Of a stretch of 30,325 bases of DNA, positions 16,666 to 24,049 are shown piece by piece. The translations under genes and the position numbers were made by a program. Within the stretch, counting starts at the first letter, position 1. Each line of letters starts with the position of its first letter. Source of the DNA: a virus; the UHGV virus genome UHGV-0061407, one strand, 5' to 3'. The notes beneath the pieces were generated by a model. The model was not told where the DNA came from and did not search any database. It saw only the letters and a program-made list of their open reading frames with translations.

Positions 16666-18749
16666 GCTGCCTGCTCCTCTCTGTTCACGCACATTTCGGG
16701 TAAGTTGGCGCGTACCAGCGCTTCGGCGAACGGTGGCGGAACGGCATTGCCACAGCGCGCGACCTGCTTATCTTTCGCGTACTTCACGCCGCGGTAATCC
16801 TGGTCAATGATGTACCACTCGGGGAAGCCCTGCGCCCGGTAAAGTTCGTGTGGCTGCAGCATGCGCATGCCGATATCAACGATGCGGTAAGTCACTCCGC
16901 CGATTTCCACCAGCCCGGTGCATTCCTCTCCGCAGTATTCCTGCAGGAACGCCAGCACCTGCTGCGCGCGCTCTTCGTCGTAGTCCTCGACCGCCAGAGT
17001 CGTTTTAACCTCCCCTACGTGCTGGCCGCCGGCAGTGATAGTCGGCATCGGCTCGTCAGTAGGCTGGCCGTCACGGCAAGTACCGCGGAGCTTGACCAGA
17101 TGAGACGTAACCATTGCGGCATCAGCCTTTGTCGTCATGGTTTGCAGTGGCTCGCTAACGTCACGTGGCCTGCTCTGCCCAGCGCAACCGCCGACACCAA
17201 CAACCTGAGCAGTAACCAGCGCATGATGATCGACAGTAGTAACTGAGTGAGTAGGTTCGTCCAGGTCAATACCGGTGCCCTGGTAGTTCCCGCCATAGTG
17301 TTTTGCCAGAAATGCCCCAACAACCGCATGTTTCCCGCCACCAGCCACAACGGTACCCAGTGGCTTATCCAGTCCTGGCACACGAGGTGCCTGGCCTGGC
17401 CGTTCCCCGTATCCCGTTTGAATGAGCGTCGGCACTACCAGCTGCGATTTACCGCCACCGCCCGCGGTGATTGTTGCGCTAGGCTCATCCGCACGGTGTC
17501 CGATGCTGGCGCCGAACTGCCGGGCGATAACCGGAGCGACGACACAGGCGCGTGATTCTTTCAGGATGGTGTGAGCGGGTTTATCTAGCGGGCGTGGTTT
17601 AGCCTGGTACTCGCTGCCGCCATTGCCAGCCAGGAACGGCGCCAGCTCTGCTTCAACAATACCCAGAGCGTGACCATTCCCGCCCGGGCGTTTTGCGGTA
17701 CCGGCCGTCACCGTCGGCAACGGATCGGTGACTTCCTGCCCGGTAGCGCCGGTTCGGAATTTTGTCAGATGAGGTACCGCAATTGCGTAGCCGTGGGTTT
17801 TCGTAATCGTCTGTAGCGGATCGTCCAGCGCCTGTCCCCGGAAACAGTCATATTTGCCACGTGTCGTTGTGTGATTGCACTTCACGATGAATGGCGAAGC
17901 ACTTTCGATAACAAAGCGCTGAATGCCGCGGGCAATCCGTTTTAGCGTATTCTCTGCCAGTGACTTTTTGCGACCGAAGATGCTCGGCGCGGGGATTGAC
18001 CAGTCTATGCATTCCGCAGCTGTACGCCACGGCTCCAGCTGGCCCGCCAGCACGGCGGCAGACTTCGGATCCCCGTGCGTGGCTTCCGGCCAGACTATCG
18101 ATTTCCCGTCCCGGCGCATCACCATGAAGAACCGCTTACGGATGGTCGGCGCGCCATAATCGCAGGCGCGCAGCTCGCGAAAATCGACGACATAACCCAG
18201 CCCGGCAATTAAGCGCTTGGCCTGCTCGCTATCCGGTGAAAACTCCAGAAACTCGCAACACTCCACCAGTGCAGGATGATCTGCTGGAATACCGGTGGTA
18301 AGCATCCCGACAAATGCATTGAAAGTTTCACCGATGCGTGCCGGATCCGGTCGCATTTCTGCCGCGAGTAACGGACCCCACGTTTTAAACTCTTCGACGT
18401 TTTCCAGCATCATGACTCGCGGGCCAACATCCAGCGCCCAACGAATGACGATCCATGCCAGCCCTCGAATAGCTTTCTCTACTGGTTTAGCACCTTTCGC
18501 TTTAGAAAAGTGACGACAGTCAGGCGAGAACCATGCCAGGCCGACAGGCTTGCCACTGGTAGCGGCTAATGGGGATACATCAAACACACTTTCGCAATAG
18601 TGAAGCGTGTCGGGATGGTTAGTGCGGTGCATAGCAACGGCGTTAACATCGTGGTTAATCGCGATATCAACGCTACGCCCTATCGCCAGCTCAATACCTG
18701 TACTGGCGCCACCGCCACCAGCAAAATTATCGACAATAATCTCACGCAT
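16662..18749 (-). CDS. DNA (cytosine-5)-methyltransferase, large, with eight internal repeat modules
   Basis: 695 aa; motif I FAGGGG, PC motif (FSPDCRHFSKAKG), ENV motif (MLENVEEF), C-terminal RCGNAVPPP; central 270 aa made of eight repeats with core D-x-P-x-x-T-[IVM]-T. Confidence 0.9.
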   Translation of the reverse strand: MREIIVDNFAGGGGASTGIELAIGRSVDIAINHDVNAVAMHRTNHPDTLHYCESVFDVSPLAATSGKPVGLAWFSPDCRHFSKAKGAKPVEKAIRGLAWIVIRWALDVGPRVMMLENVEEFKTWGPLLAAEMRPDPARIGETFNAFVGMLTTGIPADHPALVECCEFLEFSPDSEQAKRLIAGLGYVVDFRELRACDYGAPTIRKRFFMVMRRDGKSIVWPEATHGDPKSAAVLAGQLEPWRTAAECIDWSIPAPSIFGRKKSLAENTLKRIARGIQRFVIESASPFIVKCNHTTTRGKYDCFRGQALDDPLQTITKTHGYAIAVPHLTKFRTGATGQEVTDPLPTVTAGTAKRPGGNGHALGIVEAELAPFLAGNGGSEYQAKPRPLDKPAHTILKESRACVVAPVIARQFGASIGHRADEPSATITAGGGGKSQLVVPTLIQTGYGERPGQAPRVPGLDKPLGTVVAGGGKHAVVGAFLAKHYGGNYQGTGIDLDEPTHSVTTVDHHALVTAQVVGVGGCAGQSRPRDVSEPLQTMTTKADAAMVTSHLVKLRGTCRDGQPTDEPMPTITAGGQHVGEVKTTLAVEDYDEERAQQVLAFLQEYCGEECTGLVEIGGVTYRIVDIGMRMLQPHELYRAQGFPEWYIIDQDYRGVKYAKDKQVARCGNAVPPPFAEALVRANLPEMCVNREEQAA

Positions 18750-19695
18750 GAGCGGTCCCCCTCATGCTGCCGACCAGCCCACCAGCAACGGTGATGATTT
18801 CGCTGGTGGGCACGCGCTCCAGCCACAACTGGTTAATGTGGGCCTTCAGCTTGTTCTGCTGGGAGAACTCCAGATCCTCTGCGCCTTGTACCTGTCCAAA
18901 GACGAGTCCAACTTCCAGTGGCCAGATCCGGGATTCAGGCTCAGCCAATGATGCAACAGCATCGGGGATGATCACTTCAGGAGACTGAACTGGCGAAACT
19001 GGTGACAGGAATTTTCCTGCAGCAAACTCAGCCAGCACCATACTTGCGCGCCCTTTTGCTTCCAGCTCAACGCGATCGATATAGCTAAAATGTTCACCGC
19101 GCCAGGTCTTATCAAATACCGCAATGGCCCCGGCAAAGAATGCGCTGGTGGGCTTCTGCTTTTCGTCGGCCGGCACAAACCACGTTGGGAGATCGAATCC
19201 AATACGACCACGAATAAACATGATGTGATCGGCATATTCCGGCCACCATGTTTCACTTGTTGCTGACTTCACGAGGTAAATGTAACGACCACCCTTTTCA
19301 CGCTGCTCGGCGGTATAGTTCATAATATGAGTCATGCCAGTGATGGCTTGTTTTTCATGGTACTGCGAACGGCTGTACGGCGGATTAGCAAAGGCAGCTC
19401 CTCCGAGTTCTACCAAACGACCAGACCAGTCCTGCGTCAGCGCATTATCTTCAGCGGTATACCATGCCGGACATTTTGTATTGCTGTCGTCTGCAAACAG
19501 GTCCAGTACCAGCGGGCCAAACATAGCGTTAACGCCCCAGAACAGCAGATCTGGTGTCCGCCATTGATCGCCAACCTCTTTCAAATAATGCGCACTGCGC
19601 TGGCGCTGTTCCTCAAGTGCCAGGCAATAAGGGTTGATGGTTTTTGTCAAAGTTTGCTCTTCTGCGGTCATAGCTTCTTGTACTTCCTGACTCAT
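18742..19695 (-). CDS. Phage Dam-like N6-adenine DNA methyltransferase
   Basis: 317 aa; motif WRTPDLLFWGVNAMFGPLVLDLFADDSN followed by FANPPYS (NPPY catalytic motif) typical of phage Dam-family N6A MTases; 8-nt overlap with C5-MTase start. Confidence 0.75.
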   Translation of the reverse strand: MSQEVQEAMTAEEQTLTKTINPYCLALEEQRQRSAHYLKEVGDQWRTPDLLFWGVNAMFGPLVLDLFADDSNTKCPAWYTAEDNALTQDWSGRLVELGGAAFANPPYSRSQYHEKQAITGMTHIMNYTAEQREKGGRYIYLVKSATSETWWPEYADHIMFIRGRIGFDLPTWFVPADEKQKPTSAFFAGAIAVFDKTWRGEHFSYIDRVELEAKGRASMVLAEFAAGKFLSPVSPVQSPEVIIPDAVASLAEPESRIWPLEVGLVFGQVQGAEDLEFSQQNKLKAHINQLWLERVPTSEIITVAGGLVGSMRGTAHA

Positions 19696-19886
19696 AGTTT
19701 TCCCCTGCGCTGATCAGCATCAACAAGTGCTCTCAGTAACCAGTAACGGCGATCAAAGCTGAAAAGGTCATCTCTGAGGAGTGCGTATTTTCTGCGAAAA
19801 ATAACGTCGTGCTGCCACCAGTAACGCCAGTGATGCAAACGCACAAGGCGCCGGAGACTTATCAAAATCTTCTTCAATCGGAGCAC
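19692..19886 (-). CDS. Hypothetical small Arg/Trp-rich protein
   Basis: 64 aa ORF filling the gap between the PerC-like and Dam-like genes with overlaps at both ends; no motif. Confidence 0.25.
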   Translation of the reverse strand: MLRLKKILISLRRLVRLHHWRYWWQHDVIFRRKYALLRDDLFSFDRRYWLLRALVDADQRRGKL

Positions 19887-20332
19887 AAGTCACCTCCGCA
19901 GTAATTTCCTGCCAGATAGCATGACCCGGCGGAATCATTCATGTTTCTGGCGTTTCGAACAGAAGCATTCTTAAGACGCAGGTACCGCTCTCTTGCTTTA
20001 GCCGTACAGTTGCTGTCACAAAGTTGCTGCCATACCGTCGCCGCACGGCGGTAATAGCGTTTCTCTTCCAGCTTTTTGGCTGTCGCTTCAAGGGCAAGAA
20101 TCTCCCCCGAAAGCCCACCAGGCAGGTACTCTTCAATATCGATGGATCCCGCTACGAAGTAGATAAACCCACCAGTAACTTCAACGCTGGCAAGTTCCCC
20201 GTCGTAGTACAGGCGATGAACAGCGCTCTTCACTGTTACCGGTTTGGTTTCAGGAAATGCCGCAGTGATATCGCGCAGCATTTTGCCTGGATTCTTCTCA
20301 ATAAATTCAAAGATCGACTTGGCTATGTTCAT
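19874..20332 (-). CDS. Hypothetical protein, possibly PerC-family regulator-like
   Basis: 152 aa; segment RYYRRAATVWQQL resembles the RRAA..W signature I associate with PerC-like prophage regulators; weak. Confidence 0.35.
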   Translation of the reverse strand: MNIAKSIFEFIEKNPGKMLRDITAAFPETKPVTVKSAVHRLYYDGELASVEVTGGFIYFVAGSIDIEEYLPGGLSGEILALEATAKKLEEKRYYRRAATVWQQLCDSNCTAKARERYLRLKNASVRNARNMNDSAGSCYLAGNYCGGDLCSD

Positions 20333-21240
20333 CCCCGGAACCCCCGTGGAATAGTGGTTTGTACTGGACTAATTGAATTAACATCCCGCGGTCTGGTTTT
20401 GTCCCACAACTCCCTTGGCGGGCGGCCTTTGGCATCCCAACGGATAGCGCTTTGCAGATATCCCTCGAATTTTTTAGGGCCGAAAAGTGTCTCGGGTCGC
20501 ATGTACTGGTATTGCTCGTCGTTGCCATGCCAGTGCTCATGTTTGACGTCGATTACCAGTTTCAAGTCGCTAACGGTATGACCTTCGCGGAGGCGCGCGC
20601 GAATGTTCTCCAGTGAGGTCTTAGATTTCTGGTAACGGGAACCGCTGACCAGATTCAGGTGTGCCAGAACTTCGATCGCGTTATCGGTAATAACAACTTC
20701 AGGATCCGGCTTATCGTCGGGTTCCGCAGGAGCCCGACAAGAAGGTTTTTTAGATGACGGATCTAATGACGGATCTAATGACGGATCGCCTTCAACCATT
20801 GAGGGGTCCTCCCGCAATATTTGAGGGGGTACAGACCCATTATTTGAGGCATCAGAATTTGACCCCTCAAATTTTGAACCCTCAAATTCTGAGGCATCAA
20901 ATTTTGATTGTTCACGTGGCGTTGCGTAGAAGATTTTTGCTTCAGCTGCTGCACGTTCCAGCATGTCAACATTGAGTTTATAAACGTTCGAATTATTCTT
21001 TCCGCCCACGCGCCGTTCCTGCTTCTTCAGCCAGCCTTTAGCCTGAAGCTTTTTGATAGCGCTGCGGACAGTATTCTCGCTCTTGGCGCCGATCTGTCGC
21101 TGAATAGTGGTTACCGCTGGCCATGACACACCTTCGTCATTACTGAAATCTGCCAGGGGAGCCATGACCGCTATTTCTGAGATTATCAGCCCTTTGAAAG
21201 CGCATGCTTCCCATACGAGGCCGTGTAATTTACTGCTCAT
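20329..21240 (-). CDS. Replication initiator / replisome-organizer-like protein (N-terminal HTH, repetitive linker, conserved phage C-terminal domain)
   Basis: 303 aa; N-terminal HTH-like segment, repetitive linker (KFDASEFEGSKFEGS, PSLDPSLDPS) coinciding with DNA iterons, C-terminal domain of the kind found in phage replication proteins. Confidence 0.65.
   Translation of the reverse strand: MSSKLHGLVWEACAFKGLIISEIAVMAPLADFSNDEGVSWPAVTTIQRQIGAKSENTVRSAIKKLQAKGWLKKQERRVGGKNNSNVYKLNVDMLERAAAEAKIFYATPREQSKFDASEFEGSKFEGSNSDASNNGSVPPQILREDPSMVEGDPSLDPSLDPSSKKPSCRAPAEPDDKPDPEVVITDNAIEVLAHLNLVSGSRYQKSKTSLENIRARLREGHTVSDLKLVIDVKHEHWHGNDEQYQYMRPETLFGPKKFEGYLQSAIRWDAKGRPPRELWDKTRPRDVNSISPVQTTIPRGFRG
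20754..20905. repeat. Iteron cluster inside the replication gene (candidate origin)
   Basis: Tandem 12-bp repeat atgacggatcta x2.8 (20754-20788); repeated atttgagg / cctcaaatt motifs in both orientations and direct 10-bp repeat tgaggcatca (20845-20854, 20890-20899). Confidence 0.5.
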
Positions 21241-21409
21241 GGCTGCCCTCTACTTCCCTGAACTTGCGTTGAAACTGATCGAGTGGGCTAAAGCACTCGT
21301 GGGAATAGCCTTCCCGCAGGTAGATGACGCGACGTGTCTCAGGCTCCCAGCGGATAACTCTGACTGGATTGCCATAGTGGTCTTTGAACTTCCGGTTAAC
21401 TTCTCGCAT
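21230..21409 (-). CDS. Hypothetical small protein (59 aa), not in ORF track
   Basis: ATG at 21409 with GGAGGG RBS about 10 nt upstream; MREVNRKFKDHYGNPVRVIRWEPETRRVIYLREGYSHECFSPLDQFQRKFREVEGSHEQ; stop overlaps the start of the replication gene. Confidence 0.4.
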   Translation of the reverse strand: MREVNRKFKDHYGNPVRVIRWEPETRRVIYLREGYSHECFSPLDQFQRKFREVEGSHEQ

Positions 21410-21581
21410 AGCGCTTTAGCCCTCCGGTTAAAGACCCCCACAACCCCGCGTGCCCGACTGTGGTTACACTCGACCCATTTACCGCATACCATGCGCTCAT
21501 ACCGAAACGACGAAACGCCCGGGATCGGGTACATCCGTAGTTGCGGTAATTGAAGATTTACGATTAAATTGCTCATGCGGA

Positions 21582-22130
21582 TTATTTCTCCATACACAAA
21601 GATTTATTCGCCACGACGCCCGGAGCTGCACACTCGCGGGCGTCACTCTTTTCTGGCAGACAATAAACACGAGAAATCAGGTTGAGAAACGTCATCAACG
21701 TGACCCGGAACTGGTAGGCGATATCATTCAGGCTTTGCCACTCGCCATGTGTAACCACCCCATCATCGATATATTCCCGATAGGCGCTGACCAACTCGCC
21801 AAGCTGACCCACCAGCTCCGCCAGCTTCAAACCAATCTCTTCGTTCTCGTCTTCATGAGCAGCGCCAGATACATGGATTCCGTTGTCGGTTTCACGCGAA
21901 AAAACATCGGCGATGTAGCTAACACCTGCGGCCTTCTGCAAGACCATTGCCCAGCCCATAGGGAATATCTGATCTCCACCAGCACGCAGTCGGTTAAAGA
22001 TCGCGTCCTGGGTGGTATCCAGAATCTCAGCGGCTTCGATATAGCCACCAGGTAACGCGGCTATTGTTTTACGGATCGCCGCCCCCAGCCATGCTGGCTG
22101 CTTTTCGACTTTCCAGTGTTGTTCAATCAT
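21582..22130 (-). CDS. CII-like phage regulatory protein (tentative)
   Basis: 182 aa ORF in the position of cII/early regulators between cro and the replication gene; family assignment from general resemblance only. Confidence 0.4.
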   Translation of the reverse strand: MIEQHWKVEKQPAWLGAAIRKTIAALPGGYIEAAEILDTTQDAIFNRLRAGGDQIFPMGWAMVLQKAAGVSYIADVFSRETDNGIHVSGAAHEDENEEIGLKLAELVGQLGELVSAYREYIDDGVVTHGEWQSLNDIAYQFRVTLMTFLNLISRVYCLPEKSDARECAAPGVVANKSLCMEK

Positions 22131-22196
22131 TGCTCTATACCTCTGTTGGTGTATGATTTCTAAATCAATGACCTATCGAAAAAAACGGGATAAAAA

Positions 22197-22520
22197 ATGC
22201 AGAACCCGCTCGCCAAACTTTCCCTGGATTACTGGTACAAAGTTATGATCCTGATAGGCGCTTTTATTTTTCTTCTCAACGGTGCCGGACTCCTTCCCGC
22301 GTACCCCACAGCAGTCACAGGCTTCATATCCTCTGGACTTTTCTTTTGGGGTCTTGGCGAATGGATGAATCACCCTTATCAGGAGGTGTTGACCTTGGAT
22401 CCCTTTAACCGTCCGACTGGCAAGATATCTGGGCATCCACGGAACGCCTGTCTTATTGGGAATATCTTTGATTTGATTGGATTCGTACTGATCATCACAG
22501 GGCTGATTAAACTCTTCTAA
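22197..22520 (+). CDS. Small membrane protein (3 predicted TM segments), opposite orientation to early-right operon
   Basis: 107 aa with three clean hydrophobic helices; an overlapping minus-strand ORF (22173..22625) has K/E/Q/N-rich composition expected for the antisense shadow of a membrane-protein gene. Confidence 0.4.
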   Translation: MQNPLAKLSLDYWYKVMILIGAFIFLLNGAGLLPAYPTAVTGFISSGLFFWGLGEWMNHPYQEVLTLDPFNRPTGKISGHPRNACLIGNIFDLIGFVLIITGLIKLF

Positions 22521-22669
22521 ATGCCAGCCAATCAGGGTAACCGTTCGGCCATCATGACTATGCTTTACCGAACCGGGTGCAAGATTTTCCAGCACTTGAA
22601 ACATATTCTTAAGCTTGTCCCCCACTGCTTACCCCCTACGTCTGTGGTTAACGCTGCTAAAACCAAATG

Positions 22670-22870
22670 TTATTGTTTGGAATAGATATCTGGTCGGAGA
22701 TCAAACTTCGTGATCGCACCGGATGTGCTTTTTTCCAGTTTTTTTGCCAGATCAAATCCGGCTTTTTTGTAGCCGTTAAAAACTAAACGCAGATAACCGG
22801 GTGTAGAGCCAACGTTTGCAGCTAAATTGCTTTGTTGCTCTTTAGTTAATGAATCCCAGAACTCTTTCAT
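22670..22870 (-). CDS. cro: Cro-like repressor (HTH)
   Basis: 66 aa from ATG 22870 with AGGAGG RBS lying inside operator O1; divergent from cI; HTH-like segment QSNLAANVGSTPGYLRLVFNG. Confidence 0.65.
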   Translation of the reverse strand: MKEFWDSLTKEQQSNLAANVGSTPGYLRLVFNGYKKAGFDLAKKLEKSTSGAITKFDLRPDIYSKQ

Positions 22871-22873
22871 ATA

Positions 22874-22940
22874 TGTACCTCCTGTGTACATATTACACGA
22901 AAGAAATGAACCTTCAAGGCACTTGTACCTAGGAGGTACA
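22874..22940. promoter_or_regulatory. Right operator region: two 17-bp operators tgtacc-N5-(g/t)gtaca between cro and cI
   Basis: O1 22874-22890 tgtacctcctgtgtaca; O2 22924-22940 tgtacctaggaggtaca (perfect palindromic half-sites). Confidence 0.5.
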
Positions 22941-22957
22941 CACGGTTTAATTTCAAT

Positions 22958-23632
22958 ATGAAAACAATCCAGGAAATCAGGCGGTTAAACGCCAGAAAAT
23001 TGCGTGATGGTGTTGGCGGTAATATTTACTTCGCCAATATGATTGATCGCGAGCCGACTCAAACCAGCCGGTTCATGGGAGATGGCGCCACTAAAAACAT
23101 CGGCGATGCAATGGCAAGGCACATTGAAAAGTGTTTTGACTTACCTACTGGGTGGTTAGATCAGGAACATCAAACCACTAATGTTGCTAAAACGCCCGAT
23201 GTCTCTGATACATATAGAAATATCACCATGGTTCCGGTTATATCCTGGGTACAAGCAGGAGCATGGACCGAAGTTGGCTATGCTGAGGTTGATTTGAATA
23301 GCACTGAAAACTATCCATGCCCTGTTCCTTGTGGGCCGATGACTTATATTCTTCGTGTTATTGGCGACTCAATGATCGACGAATATCGGCCCGGTGATAT
23401 GATTTTTGTTGATCCCGAAGTTCCAGCAGTGCATGGAGATGATGTGATCGCCTTAATGCACGATTCTGGTGAGACTACATTTAAACGGTTGATTGAAGAT
23501 GCAGGACAACGCTATCTAAAAGCACTTAACTCAAACTGGCCAGAACCTTACATCAAAATCAATGGTAATTGCTCTATCATTGGTACCGTAATTTTTTCCG
23601 GTAAACCAAGACGATACCGAACGAAAACATAA
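22958..23632 (+). CDS. cI: CI-type prophage repressor with C-terminal S24 (LexA-like) autopeptidase domain
   Basis: 224 aa; N-terminal HTH region, C-terminal S24 motifs (VIGDSM serine, FKRL lysine); divergent from cro. Confidence 0.85.
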   Translation: MKTIQEIRRLNARKLRDGVGGNIYFANMIDREPTQTSRFMGDGATKNIGDAMARHIEKCFDLPTGWLDQEHQTTNVAKTPDVSDTYRNITMVPVISWVQAGAWTEVGYAEVDLNSTENYPCPVPCGPMTYILRVIGDSMIDEYRPGDMIFVDPEVPAVHGDDVIALMHDSGETTFKRLIEDAGQRYLKALNSNWPEPYIKINGNCSIIGTVIFSGKPRRYRTKT

Positions 23633-23646
23633 CAAAGACTATTAAA

Positions 23647-23667
23647 CCTGCTTCGGCGGGTTTTTTT
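23647..23667 (+). terminator. Intrinsic terminator after cI
   Basis: Hairpin cctgc-ttcg-gcggg (UUCG loop, one G-U) followed by T7 (23661-23667). Confidence 0.5.
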
Positions 23668-23671
23668 ACAC

Positions 23672-23704
23672 TTGACAATGTACCTCAACGGTACATAATG
23701 TACC
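23672..23704 (+). promoter_or_regulatory. pL-like early-left promoter with embedded operator O3
   Basis: -35 TTGACA (23672-23677), 16-nt spacer, -10 CATAAT (23694-23699); operator tgtacctcaacggtaca (23679-23695) between -35 and -10; extra half-site tgtacc 23699-23704. Confidence 0.5.
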
Positions 23705-23805
23705 TAAAAGAAACAGTGAACAGGCAGGACGCCCACGAAGTAGCCGCCCGGGGCATATGAAGACCGGGATGATTCGCTAACAGATAAACCAAATAGGAAC
23801 AGAAC

Positions 23806-24039
23806 ATGGCGAGCAAAGGCATTGAAAACCTTATAAAGGACGCATTAGCAAACGGCTGTCATGTAGTCCGTAAAGCGCATCGCTTCGAGGTAAGCAAGAA
23901 AGGCCAAAAATCAATCACTCTTATTATTTGTGAAGATGGCACAGCTTACCGCGGAGATATTGACCTAACGATCGCCATAGCCATTCGCACTCAAAAAGAA
24001 ATGCGTAGCGTCCTCGGCCTGCCGGCTAAGGCAATTTAA
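23806..24039 (+). CDS. Hypothetical protein, first gene of early-left operon
   Basis: 77 aa, AGGA RBS; no Arg-rich N-like motif; function unknown. Confidence 0.5.
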   Translation: MASKGIENLIKDALANGCHVVRKAHRFEVSKKGQKSITLIICEDGTAYRGDIDLTIAIAIRTQKEMRSVLGLPAKAI

Positions 24040-24049
24040 TTACCTCAGG

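Noticed and set aside
21250-21597. Minus-strand 115 aa ORF upstream of the replication gene
   Set aside because: Low-complexity translation; a different frame in the same region gives a compact 59 aa ORF with a strong RBS and coupled stop, which is preferred.
22173-22625. Minus-strand 150 aa ORF overlapping the membrane-protein gene
   Set aside because: Composition (K/E/Q/N/H-rich) is what the antisense of a hydrophobic membrane-protein gene produces; GTG start; the plus-strand gene is preferred but this is not proven.
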